Below, one piece after another: positions 10,791 through 22,891 of a stretch of DNA of 64,000 nt; the stretch's first letter is position 1, and each line of letters starts with the position of its first letter. This DNA comes from Podarcis tiliguerta (taxonomy: Eukaryota). Position numbers and translations under genes: made by a program. Where the stretch lies: NCBI GenBank assembly GCA_965153285.1, contig OZ229110.1. One strand, 5' to 3'. The notes beneath the pieces were generated by a model. The model worked only from the letters and a program-made list of their open reading frames with translations, was not told the DNA's origin and did not search any database.

Positions 10791-12059
10791 ATGGCTCATT
10801 TGCAGCTGGCCGTGTGTTCACATATGGATCCAATGGCAGCCAATTCCAGCCTTCCTGCAACAAGCCAGGAAAGATGCCACCCTGAGACTCTTAAAGAGCA
10901 GGTCCAGCTAGAACACTTGAGGAGTAATATCCAGCAGCAATTCCTGTGCAACAAAGATAAGAAGCTGGCAGATCTTCATATCCAAAAAGGGCGGAGCTCT
11001 TCTTGTTCTCAGCCTGCAGAAACTAGTCAACTGATCTTGGAGAAGGCAGGTTTCTATTCTGCTGGCCCACGCAATTGGTACTTCAAGGGCCAGGCCAACA
11101 GTCTGCCCTCCCACTGGAGAACCAAACGGAGAGAAGGTGTGGACAGGTCATACCCTCTAAAACCAGTCTTTCCCCATACAGCTGGGAATGTTCACCTGCC
11201 CAGTTCTTGGCAAGTTGGGAGCCCACCAACTAGAAAGACTCCTCCCATTAGCCCTAGCTCAGAGAAAAAAGGAAGGTCACATGCAGTCAAGACTCATCAC
11301 GTTAGAGGGCCTTCTCCTTTTTCTGTAGAGCAATCCAAGAGAGCAGCTTCTCATTCACGTAGGGCAGAGTCGGGCTACATTCAAAAACTGGAGGCTGCTG
11401 GGCGGAGCTTAGAGGAGGAGATCCAGCGCAAGGAGGCCCTGCTCAGGGAGAAGCTGAGGAGAACAGAAGAAGAGCTTCGAAGAATCCAGTGGGAGAGGCA
11501 GCAGACAGAAGCAGAAGGAAGACGGCAGCGGGGAGGACTATGTATGCCTGAGAGGAAAGCAGCAGGTATTACTCAGGGCCATGTTTCCAGATCTGTAGCT
11601 CAAACGCGTGACTGTCAAAAGGTACATATTCCAGACAGCCCTGCTGTCTCAGTGGGGACTGCCCTGCCTCCCCAGGCACTCCACATGGAAAAGCTAAAAA
11701 AGCAAAGATTGGTGGCCAGCAACAGTAAAATTCGAGAGAACGTATCCCAGATTTCAGCCACTTCTAGCCCAGAACTGGCTTCCATGCGTGACCAGGCTCC
11801 TTCTGCAGCAGCCTCATTGGGACAGGTTGACTGTGTGGCAGCAGAACCCTCATATACAGAGGCTCCAAGCAGTGTAGAGGATTGGGGAGAGTGCAATTTC
11901 TGTGGGCGAAAGCTTTATTGCTCCAGGTTGGAGAAGCACATAAGCATCTGCAGGAAGAATCATGGCTCCAAGAGAAAAGTGTTTGATTCAAGCAAGGCTA
12001 GAGCAAAAGGCACCGAATTAGAGACCTATTATCTATTGAAGGGTACAGACACCTCTCAG
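10791..12059 (+). CDS. ZC2HC1C: Zinc finger C2HC domain-containing protein 1C, large coding exon
   Basis: Acceptor TTCCCCCAG|10772. ORF has GVDRSYPLKPVF, a coiled coil LEEEIQRKEALLREKLRRTEEELRRIQ, KLKKQRLVASNSKI and C2HC finger CNFCGRKLYCSRLEKHISIC..RKVFDSSKARAKGTELE. Donor CAG|GTAATA. Syntenic position matches. Confidence 0.93.
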
Positions 12060-13070
12060 GTAATACATTTACTTACTTGTTATGCATACGCTGCCATTCC
12101 TTTGGGTCTATTTGGAACTTTTAGACAGTCACTGATCAGCCTGGGTTCTTTTTAGCTTTAATGACGTACCAACATCATTTGCCATCATTCTCTGGTTTCC
12201 ACTTTGGTCTGGGATTATGTTCATTCTTTAACTCTTGGAGTTCCTTTCAAAGCATGTGGAATTCCTAATAAATCTTGATGATCCCTAATATACCTCTAAT
12301 TTCCATTTATTTACTTCAATTCAGCCATGGGTAGGGTGACTGCTAGAAATTATACCAGACAAGAGCCCAATAAGTAATTTGAAGTCCTGGAAAATGTTTA
12401 GTTAAATACACCAAGACTTATCAGGGAGAATGCTAACTATTTTACCTTCTTTCATCATACAAAAACGAGGTGTTGAGGATGTGAAAACAGATCTTCAAAA
12501 TTATCAAATTAATTTTATGGAACAAGTCAAGTCACTCATAACTAACCTGCAAATGTCACAGCTGCATGGTAAAATTAAGATCAGGCTTAGAACGATCCTC
12601 TGAAATTAAGAATGAAGAAAGTACTCATATTTAAAAGTATGGAACAGTCCAGTGGCATTAAAGTCCTTCTATTTTAGAGGATCTGTTCAATTTCACTATC
12701 AGATTAACTCTGGTAATTTTACCCCAGTTTAAGAGATTTCATCTGCATTCCAGTTACAATGTTCAGATGATCTGAGTAGTGGCAATGATTTTGGTAGAAA
12801 ACCTAGTGATATCATTCTGCAGTGGACCTGTGAGTTAGTGATATGACTTTTTAAAAGCAGCACATGTTCTGTCCACCTAGCAGAACTTGGGTCTTCACAT
12901 ATGCTATGTAGTTCCATTTGCCTTATAGGGACCAAGAACTTGTTACATTAGCAATGTCCTGCTATCTGGTATATGATAAATAAACTGTGTCCAGAACAAA
13001 AACAGTGGCAGGAAATATCAGAGTGTGAGCTAACAGGTTGTACTAACAGTTTCTCCCTTTCCCCCTACAG

Positions 13071-13376
13071 AAAAAGAATTCCAGACAAAATTTTGAGGCT
13101 TCCAAGCAAAACAGTGAAATATCTAAGCAAAGCAACTGGAGACAGAAGCATGAATCGTTCATCAAGACATTGCGTAGGGCTCGTGAGCTGCAACGAGTAA
13201 TCTCCAAAGGAGGGAAGGCATCAGACCTCCCCCCAGCCCCTGCTATGGAGAACCCAGACTACAAGTTATGCCCTTATTGCACCCGTCAGTTTGCACCTAA
13301 GGTGGCTGAGAGACACATTCCCAAGTGCAAGAACATTAAGAACAGACCCCCACCGCCACAGCAAAAGAAGCGCTGA
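13071..13376 (+). CDS. ZC2HC1C: ZC2HC1C last coding exon (second C2HC zinc finger)
   Basis: Acceptor CTTTCCCCCTACAG|, phase 0. ...SNWRQKHESFIKTLRRARE...ENPDYKLCPYCTRQFAPKVAERHIPKCKNIKNRPPP*. Total protein 524 aa. Confidence 0.92.
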   Translation, partial: KKNSRQNFEASKQNSEISKQSNWRQKHESFIKTLRRARELQRVISKGGKASDLPPAPAMENPDYKLCPYCTRQFAPKVAERHIPKCKNIKNRPPPPQQKKR

Positions 13377-16262
13377 TAGTAGTGGGCCAAAGTGAGATCT
13401 GCAACTGGCATCATCACATTGAGGCTCCCTGCCATTTCCTTGTTTGATAGCACAGAGTAGCAGACAGCATTCCCAGTGCTGCAGTTTCATTTTATATATA
13501 AAATACAAAGGTGTGAAATCAGTGAGAAGCCCACAAACCATGAACAGATTATTAAACCCCATGTATTGCATATTAAGGTCCACTGCTTCGTAAAATAGTT
13601 AGACCTAAGGTAGTGCTCTCACATCTGTGTTGCTGCTGTTGGCTGGTCCTCATTCCCTTCCCCGTGCAGTTCTTCACAGAACCCATGCACATTTGTTAGG
13701 AACATTAGGATTTCTGTCTGCCTCCTAGGACATGGGATTATGTGCTAGAAAGAACCTACTGAGAATTATCAGAAGGAACTCTTACCTGTCTTGAGGTAAT
13801 CTTCAACTTTGTGAGGCATCTGCTAAGTGGACTACCATTCTTGGTTTACATGTTCATACAAGAACAGAGAATTCTTAGCTCCCATAACTGAAATGAAGGT
13901 CTTAAACTACCCAGATGCTCAGCATTACGTAAAACTCAAACTATAGAACTGTATTACTAATATAACTGCTGGGAAGGGGCGATACCTACTTGGATATATT
14001 GCATGCTATCCATCTCATCTGGCCATTAAGTTTTCTTGCCCACCTACAAATACTGGCAAACAGAAACCTGGTCTGTCCAAATTTCTCTAAAGCTAAAAAA
14101 GAATGGCTATGAGGAATATGAGAATGGCGATTGTAAAATGGATTGATTACTTTAGCATAATTTTGCCACTGAATCCTACCTCTTTATGCAGTCATAAGCT
14201 CGGGGAGCGGGGAAGGAAAACTAGTTATTCAGGAGGTGAGCAATTGGACTAACCATATCTTTGATGTCAGGTTAGTGGCTGAGACATTTTGGGGGCTCAC
14301 CAACTAGAGAGAGTGTTTGGCAAGCAAGGGGAACAAGTGCATTAAAAGCAGGGTGCTGTATGCATTCATTGTCTCCCAGTGACGAACTCAAGTCTGTAAT
14401 AAAATATGTGGAATGTGGCAACTTGGAAAACATGGGGGGAAATGTAATCATTGAACGTGGGAATGTATTGCTTCCATCACAGCTTCTTCACAGATACCAG
14501 CTTTATGCAATGCAATACTTCAACAGATTATGTGGTTCATAAGCATTGCTACGGATGTCCGAAAGCTTCAAAATGCAAGGGTCGGTTCACTTGTGAGAAA
14601 TACTGATACAGCTTTAGAGACTGTAAGGACAAAACCAGTGGTGTGCATAAACCCCTTTCATATCGCTGGTCATAAAAAAGAGCAGCAAAGAGTAGTGATG
14701 TGTTTAACTTTGTAAAAAAGGAGGACATGGAATTCAGGAGAGTATCCCCACTGTAGGAGATACTATAACGGGAATATGAAACAATTATCAAAACTCACTC
14801 CACATTTCTGTTACTAACAAAGTAAAAAAAATTGTTGAGGACAGACTGGTTTTCTCCATTGCACACATGGCTCCCCTTGTTTGCTTTCTGCATGCTTTCA
14901 AGGGTGATGTTATCAAAGCAGAGGGGCTGGTTTTCAGTGGTTCTCCTGTACCAGCTAAAGGAAATTTTAAAATCCCTTCAAGAGGAATTAAAGAACCCAT
15001 TTTCCTTGGGTCACAACCATTTAGAGAATATCTCTTCAACAAAATAGTTTGCACTGTATGCAGAACAGCAAGAAATATGCACTTGGAAAGATTGATTGTT
15101 TCAAAGGAGTTAAAAACAAGCAGACATCCCCCACCCAAAAAACCTTGCAGTGTACTCTTATTATGCATGTGTGGCTAAGGAAGATGCCAAAACTATAGAA
15201 GAGAGAGATGGCTCTACTCTTATTTGGGTCTTACTTCATATGCAATATATATATAGTTTTTGAACATTTAAAAAAATGCATTGAGTCCATATGCAAATCA
15301 GTTGTGTATAAAGTTTCTGAATACACTTGAGCCTTGATTTGGCACCAGAGGTCTGAGGAGGCAATTTAAGTAGATTGATTTTTGCTACCATCTGTGAGGT
15401 ATGCAGTTTTTTGACTGGGAATCCACACCAACATCAGCACCACCTCCTCTGATGTGCAATATTAATAGGGGGACTGTATTGCAGAGCTTCTGTAAGTAAC
15501 ACTCTCTCAGCACAGCCCTTCAACCTGCTATGTGGGTTTAACAGTGAGGGAGTTCTATGCTGATGGGCTGCTTAATTTTTAATCATTTCTAAATAACAGA
15601 CCATTGTCCCCAAGAATGACAGTCAGCATATGGGAACACTTCACAGCACTGCAAATTCTAGGAGGGCACATCTCCAGTAACAAATATCTGCTATACCTGC
15701 TCTCCTTATTACCTTAAAAAAACCCCAGAGATATGGGTCCTCTGCTTTTCCCAGATACAGTACTCTTGAGAAAACGGGGAATCCTCATCTCTATTAGTTG
15801 TTCCAGACTCAAAGATACATATCCACCTCTCAACAGCAAGTTATTTATCACATTTCTAACCAGTGTGTGCTACCCCTGTCTTCTTAGTGCACTGGTTACT
15901 GATGGCAAATAAAGCTGATATTGCTAACGAAATTTACATGACGAAAAATATGAGTGATGATAGCTAATTCTGTAGAGCCAAAGTTGTAGAGATTTTAAGA
16001 TGTGCCTTGCGGGAGGGGGGCGCCTCAAAAAAACTAGAGGCAAACTCTGTCACTGAAAGCGCAAGACATCCATCCTAACATTTCTGATGACTGCAAGTGT
16101 ACAACCAAGTAATGGGAAAAAAGAGTTTGTTCCATTTAAGTAAGATAAGAAGTCCAGAGTGGATGCTGAAATCATGGATCTGTACTCGAGCTACAAGTAA
16201 GCATACATTATCTCATTTCTATTAGAAAAATTCAGAACACACGAGGCAAATGAGTGTCAACA

Positions 16263-16268
16263 TTTATT
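16263..16268 (-). terminator. NEK9: Probable NEK9 polyadenylation signal AATAAA
   Basis: TTTATT on the + strand about 2.3 kb past the NEK9 stop, at the end of a nearly TE-free stretch. Confidence 0.55.
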
Positions 16269-17487
16269 TAAACAGAAAACGTCAAACCATTCCACCATTG
16301 AACCTTTCAAAAAATAGATAATGACAAACTAGTTTTCAACTAGAGTGTCAGTGCAGGCATGTTTCACATTCCATTATAACAAATTAACAGCAATGCTAGC
16401 AAGAGACTGACATCTACAGAGCTAGCACTGCTGAAAGAAATGGGTCTGAAACTGCTCAAAGGCACACCTGGCCCATTTGCCCTCTAGCCTAGGGCAAGAT
16501 ATGTGTTTAAACTGCTTCTTTGGTTGCATAGCAGGGTTGGTGCATATATTATGGTCTGTAACAGGCACAGCTTGAACAGCGTGAATCCTAAGGCACATAC
16601 ATATATTGCTGTGGAGCACAGATCATCCTCATTATAGTATCTAGTACTCCACAAGATCCAAGGGGGAAATTGTCTGTGCATTTCACTTACCAAACGTGTA
16701 ACACGGAGCAACTCCCATTTGCTCAGCAATTCTTTGCTGAACAATATCCAAGAGTGCTAGTTCATTCTCTCTTAGTTCCTACTTTATAACAGGACGGTCT
16801 CTACAGCCACAACAGCATTCTCATATAAAAATAATAAAACTGCTCCAATACTTTTGGAGACAAGATTATCGATCAAATAACACAATAACCTACTGTTCAT
16901 TTGGTATTTTATATTCAAGCTCTTCTCCTTCCTCCACCAACAGTAAGGAAAGGCAAACCAACACTATTCTTGGGGCTGAACAGAAGAAAAAAATGGTATC
17001 TAAGTCAGTTCCAAGACAGTATTTGGAGAAGAACCAGATAACTCCTCAAAAATGGAACTATTAGGGTAGGATACTCTAGCACCTGTTTCCAGCCAGAAAA
17101 TGTTTATCAGTCTGATAATAGTTCTACAAGAGAAAAGTGCATAAGGGGATATTAGAGACAAGTGAATGGGAGATTGTAAACTCCATCTATGACTAGCAAA
17201 TAAAAGATAAGGGACACAAAATAGATACAGTAACTGTTCACAAAAGTTAGATTAGGGTATTATTTTCTTAAATAAGGAACAGTGGGAATCCCACTCCAGG
17301 GTGGGGAGTATGCAGAAGTGGCTCCCAGGAATCACAATTATGCCAATTACACCATTTAGCAAAAGTATCAATTTCATCTTTAAGGTGAAAAGCAGAAACT
17401 CTATCGTCAGAGTTCCTTTATATACAGTTTAGAACTGATTAAACTAGAAAGCTTTGAATTGGTATATGATAGACTATTACAAACCAA

Positions 17488-17587
17488 GATAGCTCAGTTG
17501 GTAGAGCATGAGACTTAATCTCAAGGTTGTGGGTTGGACAAGATGACCCTCATGGTCCCTTCCAACTCGACCAAGTCTATGGTTCTA
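17488..17587 (+). mobile_element. tRNA-Lys-headed, CR1-tailed SINE (internally deleted)
   Basis: GATAGCTCAGTTGGTAGAGCATGAGACTTAATCTCAAGGTTGTGGGTT (tRNA-Lys CTT-like) joined to GATGACCCTCATGGTCCCTTCCAACTC..CTATGGTTCTA. Confidence 0.75.
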
Positions 17588-18532
17588 AGTAATTTATTTG
17601 GATAAATTATGAAAGCTGACACTGCTTTCTTCCAGCTTCATCAAGCATTAGACAGGAAATGAAAATACTGATTTGCAGAAGGGGCGCAAAGCCAAGAGGC
17701 TTTCAACAACTCACTCCAGTACTCAAACTAAGATGAAAAGAAGAAGCAAATAAGTTGTGTGTCCAATTTCAATTTCACGTAGTCCTTGGCTGGCTTGAAA
17801 AATAATTGTTGTGAACTCTAGAACTACAGACTCCTTAGATAACTGGAAAATACAGCCATTAAAAAAAAAAATGTATCAGAACCGTACCTAGAAGTGCTAA
17901 GAAAAGGGTGACAGAGATCCTCTCCCTAACATCCCTTCAGTTAAAAGTTAAAAACACCTTCTGTACAGATTGGAGGAAATATAACCAGAAATGCATCTGC
18001 AGTGAAAGGCAGATTTTCTCTGCTTCCACCTTCAGAGTAGTATTTTTCCAATGCTTCCCCTCCTACAAAGCTGATGCCCTGCCCTTTGACTTTAGGTTGA
18101 AAGCAACCTGGAGCATTACAGCTTGACTGTTATTGTTGGTATTCATTTTCTTTCCTTTTTCAGTCGCCAGAAGATGATGTGTCAGGGCTCAATGCTGCTT
18201 TTGCAAAGTTGGGGGGGCGGGATTAAGGACATGCTATTGGAGCCATTCCTGCGGTGTGGCTACCTGACCTCAAGGGCAGACTGAGATAATCTATTTATAG
18301 AGAGGGCAGGCTGCTGATGTCTGAACAGACCCTGGCTTGAACTTGGGGCTCTGCCTTTCTCTAAATGTCCTCCTAGGTTCATAGCTTAGGGAGGAGCTTC
18401 CCCTCTTGCATACATGGACGCTGTGGAGACCCTGACCTTCTTGTTCACAAAGGACCTGAAGCCACGAAACCTGCTCTCTTCGTTCAAGTTAGTGTGCTGT
18501 GAAATTGGATAGATTCCAGTGAACTTAAAAGA

Positions 18533-18655
18533 CTACAGGCTGAAGCGGCATGAGTCAGTTCCCAGGAGACACCAGGAGTCAGAATCCAAGTCAGGCTTTG
18601 GATCTGCTTCCATCTCTTCCTTGGATGTTTGTGTGGCTTTGGAATGAGCCTCAAG
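18533..18655 (-). CDS. NEK9: NEK9 exon 22 (last)
   Basis: [40 protein letters not shown], 123 nt. Confidence 0.95.
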   Translation of the reverse strand, partial: LEAHSKATQTSKEEMEADPKPDLDSDSWCLLGTDSCRFSL

Positions 18656-19412
18656 CTGCCCAGACAAACAAACAAAAATTACTCCTGATATAATAAAGAA
18701 ACACATTATATATTGCACATGAACTCTGTCACTTGGCTGTTTACTTAAACCATGTCTGCTGTATTCGGTTATTGCACACATGTACAAAGAATAGAATAGT
18801 GAGGTTTAGAGTCGAACAACCATCTGCTCAGACTGCCAAGGAAGTGTTATTAAAAAATCTGCTGCTTCCCAGAGACATGCTAATCTGGAACATATTTACA
18901 GGGGGCAGTCTGCCTCTACTATTAGCTAACAGAGCTCAAGTTACACTCCAGACATGGGATGACCAACTGAAAGGAAAAACAAGTGTGTTTTAATAATCAA
19001 CTTTCCCCCCATTATCAGCCTCCAGGGGTCTTCAGGCAGGGGAAGAGAAATAAAAGTGGAGTGATGTAAGAGAGACCCCATTTGTTTCTAGGTTAAGCCA
19101 ACACTAGCATCCCCAAATGCTGCTGGTAAATGTAGAGTCAGGCATCCTCCAGCCTTCCAACAAAACAGTCATCACTATATTACAGTCAACTCTTCCTAGC
19201 CACAAATCCAACAAGCCCAAGGTTATCTGAAGCTACTGCAGTATAAGCCACACGTTCTGTGTCTCTGTTAGCTTGCATCCAACTTTATCAACTGGCTGCT
19301 ACAACCTAACTTCTCTTAATCTAGATCTCAGCACAAATTTCAAGGAACTAGAGGAACATTTGGAATTACTCCAGCATTTAGTATGCCATCCTTCTCACAG
19401 TGGGAACCTTAC

Positions 19413-19625
19413 CTGCTGTGACCCTTCTGTCCTCCTGGAGAGACTCTGGAGCTGGGCACTGAGACGGTTGGTTTGTTGCTGCAGCATCTGCTGGTCAGCC
19501 AAACACTTTGATATTAAGCCATGCAGACGTTCCACTTCAGTCTGCAGCAAACTGCATTTGCATGCAGCTGGTACCCCAAATGTCTTCTGCCCACTACAGG
19601 GCTCTGCTGAATCCAAGGGTTGCCG
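19413..19625 (-). CDS. NEK9: NEK9 exon 21 (coiled coil)
   Basis: TCTTTCTTGTGCAG|RQPLDS...CKCSLLQTEVERLHGLISKCLADQQMLQQQ...GSQQ|GTAAGG, 213 nt. Confidence 0.92.
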
Positions 19626-19678
19626 CTGCACAAGAAAGACAGGAGATTCGGGAATGAGCTTGCTTGTATATACATATA

Positions 19679-19758
19679 CAGGGTGAGTCTTTTAAAAGAG
19701 GTCCTGTGGAACATGTGTACTCTGTATCCACGGGCCCTCTTTTAAAGGACTCACCCTG
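19679..19758. mobile_element. 80-bp Tc1/mariner-type MITE
   Basis: TA|CAGGGTGAGTCTTTTAAAAGAGG...CCTCTTTTAAAGGACTCACCCTG|TA: near-perfect 23-bp TIRs and TA TSD. Confidence 0.85.
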
Positions 19759-20389
19759 TATATCTATGTACAATGTGGAAAATTTTCCAAGCCTATACTT
19801 GCCCAGGTAATGGCAGCAAGCCATGGGTAGAAGATGAGAGCAAAAGTACTGAGAATTTAATACTAAATAATGGAAGCAGAATTCTTGAATAAGTGATGTA
19901 CTGAAATATTAGCTCATAGAGAAATCGTTGTCAAATCTGTAGCTGCAAATGTCATATGCATTCTATTTTGAGACTGGGTAGGTTAAGACTACATCCTTTC
20001 CCACAGCTGTACCTGTTTCTTGAGATGTTTTCTTTCTTTAATTCTCCTCCTCAAACATAATCTGATTTCTTGAAATGAAGGGTAAAAAAGTGCCTTACCA
20101 AAGGTGCTCCTTAGGGCGAGGTAAATTAAATTATGAAGCCCGTAAACAGCATCAGTATCAGATAATTCTCAGAAATCTGTCTCCTTGCTCAATCAATTGC
20201 TGCTGGGATTAATTTCTCACTGTTATCCACTATTCAGAAATGAAAAGACTACATCCTCTCCTATGTACTATCTCTCTTTCCCATGTAAAGTCTGTATCTA
20301 TACCAGCCTGAATTATTATCCTTGCATCCTGTTTCTACCATCAGCCCCAAACTGTCTTGAAGAGTTCCATGTTTAGCAATTTACATTAC

Positions 20390-20551
20390 CCAAGATCCTG
20401 CTTCAGACTTGTTATCAGCATGTGTGGGTGAAGCCAAGTGCAGCCCCTTAAGCTCATTGTAGGGAAGAGTTTCTTTGTCAGATTCTGAAGAGGCTAGGCT
20501 CACAAGAGAGGGGTTTTCAGGCATGGGGATGAACTCTGCATTCTCCAGCTC
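20390..20551 (-). CDS. NEK9: NEK9 exon 20
   Basis: ELENAEFIPMPENPSLVSLASSESDKETLPYNELKGL...GSW|GTAATG, 162 nt. Confidence 0.93.
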
Positions 20552-20557
20552 CTGGTT

Positions 20558-20564
20558 ACACACA

Positions 20565-20611
<47 letters not shown>
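20558..20611. repeat. Compound microsatellite (AC)12(AG)15
   Basis: Directly visible, abutting the exon 20 acceptor. Confidence 0.97.
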
Positions 20612-20615
<4 letters not shown>

Positions 20616-21658
20616 TGAACAATGTCAGATTTTCTTCACTTTCTTATCTTATCTACCTTTGCTGCAATATGAGGAATATAAAAAAGGAACACAGGTGGCA
20701 TTCTCTTTCTGTTTAGAAAATAGCCACAGTGTGATGCACACTGCAGATAATGGCTCTAAGAGTCAAACGTGGAGGTTTATTAAGATTTACTGACGCACAG
20801 TTCACGTATTTCCAAACTTTGTTAAGAGTGTAACAATTTTTTGATTTATATCTTTAGATTTTCTGAATTTATGTATTTTTAATTTTTACAAGCTTTTGTG
20901 TTTTTATGATGCAATAACAATGTCCTTTATTCTTATATTTATCTTTGCTTATGGCTTCTAACAAAGGAGTTTTTTCTCTGGAACACACTGAGCTAAATAA
21001 ACATCTTATTCCAGTAAAGACTGGAGCCTGTCTCCTTTCTGTTCTACTTGTCTTCGTGCTATTCCCCCAAAATATAGCATGGGTCATTGAATGTAACAGA
21101 GAGAAATTATGTGTTCTTGCAATATGTATCCTTCTATTCTTAGTGACAGACTGAATTCAATAGAACTGGCAGAACTGATGAGTTGTCTTTGAGGCATAAT
21201 CTTGATAGTTTGGGTTTCTGCCCCAATAATATTTTTTGGGGGACGATTCAGTGGATAAGCTTTGTTCAGTGTCAGGGTGCAAATGACTGCCAGATTTCAT
21301 AATGTTTGTTTCATTGGCACTTACAATAGACTGCTGTCCAGCAATGGCAAACCATGCTCTGCTATGTGTGGATTTATCTGTGAAAGAAAGACTTTGGTAT
21401 TGCGGCAATGATGGGCTGATATTAAATTTTAGGTTCTGCCAGTTTTACTTGCATTTCACTTACTTATCCTGCTGTTCAGTTTTACAAGGGAGGTCAACAA
21501 AAGGTATCCTACACATTATGAACTAATCTGTGCAGTCCTACAAAACTAATTTCTTGTTTCTATATTGCTTTTTAGGGTTTTGGTACTTATCTATAAACTA
21601 AGGAGAATTATATGGAATGGTTATGTTTTAAACTGATTCAGAACCTTTTTTAGCATTA

Positions 21659-21859
21659 TAGTCGAACCTCGGAAGTCAAACAGAATCCGTTTTGGAAGTC
21701 CGTTCGACTTCCAAAACGTTCGGGAACCAAGGCGTGGCTTTCAATTGGCTCCATGAATGGCGGACGTTTGGGTTCCAAAGAACCCGGAACAATTGGTTTG
21801 CGGTGTTTGGGAGCCAAAACGTTCATCTTGCAAGGTGTTCAACTTCTAAGGCACGACTG
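21659..21859. mobile_element. pogo/Tigger-type MITE
   Basis: TA|TAGTCGAACCTCGGAAGT...ACTTCTAAGGCACGACTG|TA: degenerate TIRs. Confidence 0.7.
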
Positions 21860-21861
21860 TA

Positions 21862-22109
21862 CAGTGGTACCTCTACTTACGAATGTGACCCGTTTCAGGG
21901 TGCCGTTCACACCCCGACAAGTCCGTAAGTAGAGCACCGCTACTGCGTGTGCGCAAAGCGCAATAGAGCATTTCTGCGCATGCGCAAAGCATGCAGGTTG
22001 CTTCTGCGCATGCGCGCATGGCGAACCCCGAAGTAAACACTTCCGGGTTTGCTGCGTTCGTAACCTGAAAAGCTGCAATGTAAAGTAAACATAACATGAG
22101 GTATGACTT
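21862..22109. mobile_element. pogo/Tigger-type MITE
   Basis: TA|CAGTGGTACCTC...GAGGTATGACTT|TA. Related to 35853-36086. Confidence 0.8.
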
Positions 22110-22654
22110 TATAAAAGAACAGGCACTCAATAAAAAGAGATCTCATCGATACAAAAGGCTAGATGGGATATATTGTCGCTTTAACTTGCTTCTGCTCCGT
22201 TATTTTTACTAGAAGCTAATCAGAATGGGAAAAAGGAATTTTATATCAACTTTCAACATCAGCTTTCAGGGCATTTACAATCAAAATGATAAAAAAGCAC
22301 ATCACAAAAAGAAAAATATAAACAAAATGCCAAAGACAGTTTAAAATGGTTTCTACTTTAATCTCAATCTCTCAAACTTTGAATCTGGATTTCTGAGCCC
22401 ATTTCTTTTTTATTTGTTTTAATTAGAAATATTTATTCACTGCTAAATCACAAAACACTCCAAGTGGTATACATCGTAAAATTATGGGTTTGGAATTCAA
22501 AACCGATCATCCTTCTAATCAAGGTTTCTCTTCTTTCTTCTGAAGTGAGTCTGTTACCTGAAAAGCCCCACCCACAAAGCTATTCAAACCACGCCCTTAG
22601 ACGCGATTCCGGAATAGAGGCAAAATTTACCATGGTGTTTTTATGATTTGCCAA

Positions 22655-22891
22655 GAAAAGAACATTCGGAAGAACTTTCTGACAGTAAGAGCTATTTGAA
22701 AAAGGAGCAGACGACTTCAGAATGTGGGAGACTTTCCTTCACTGGAGATTTTTAAACAGAGGTTGGATGGGCCCCTATCAGGGATTCTTTAGTTGCGATT
22801 CCTACACCACAGGGGCTTGAACTAGATTATCCTTAGGGTCCCTTCCAACTCTACAATTCTATGATTCTAAAGTTCTATGATTCTAAGATTC
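22655..22891 (+). mobile_element. CR1 LINE 3' end
   Basis: AACTTTCTGACAGTAAGAGC...CCTTCACTGGAGATTTTTAAACAGAGGTTGGATGG...GGTCCCTTCCAACTCTACAATTCTATGATTCTA with the ATTCTATG tail. Confidence 0.88.

Noticed and set aside
19658-19664. Idea that the MITE destroyed the NEK9 exon 21 acceptor, leaving AAG sites
   Set aside because: A strong in-phase acceptor exists at 19625 and gives a 213-nt exon that aligns with the human protein.
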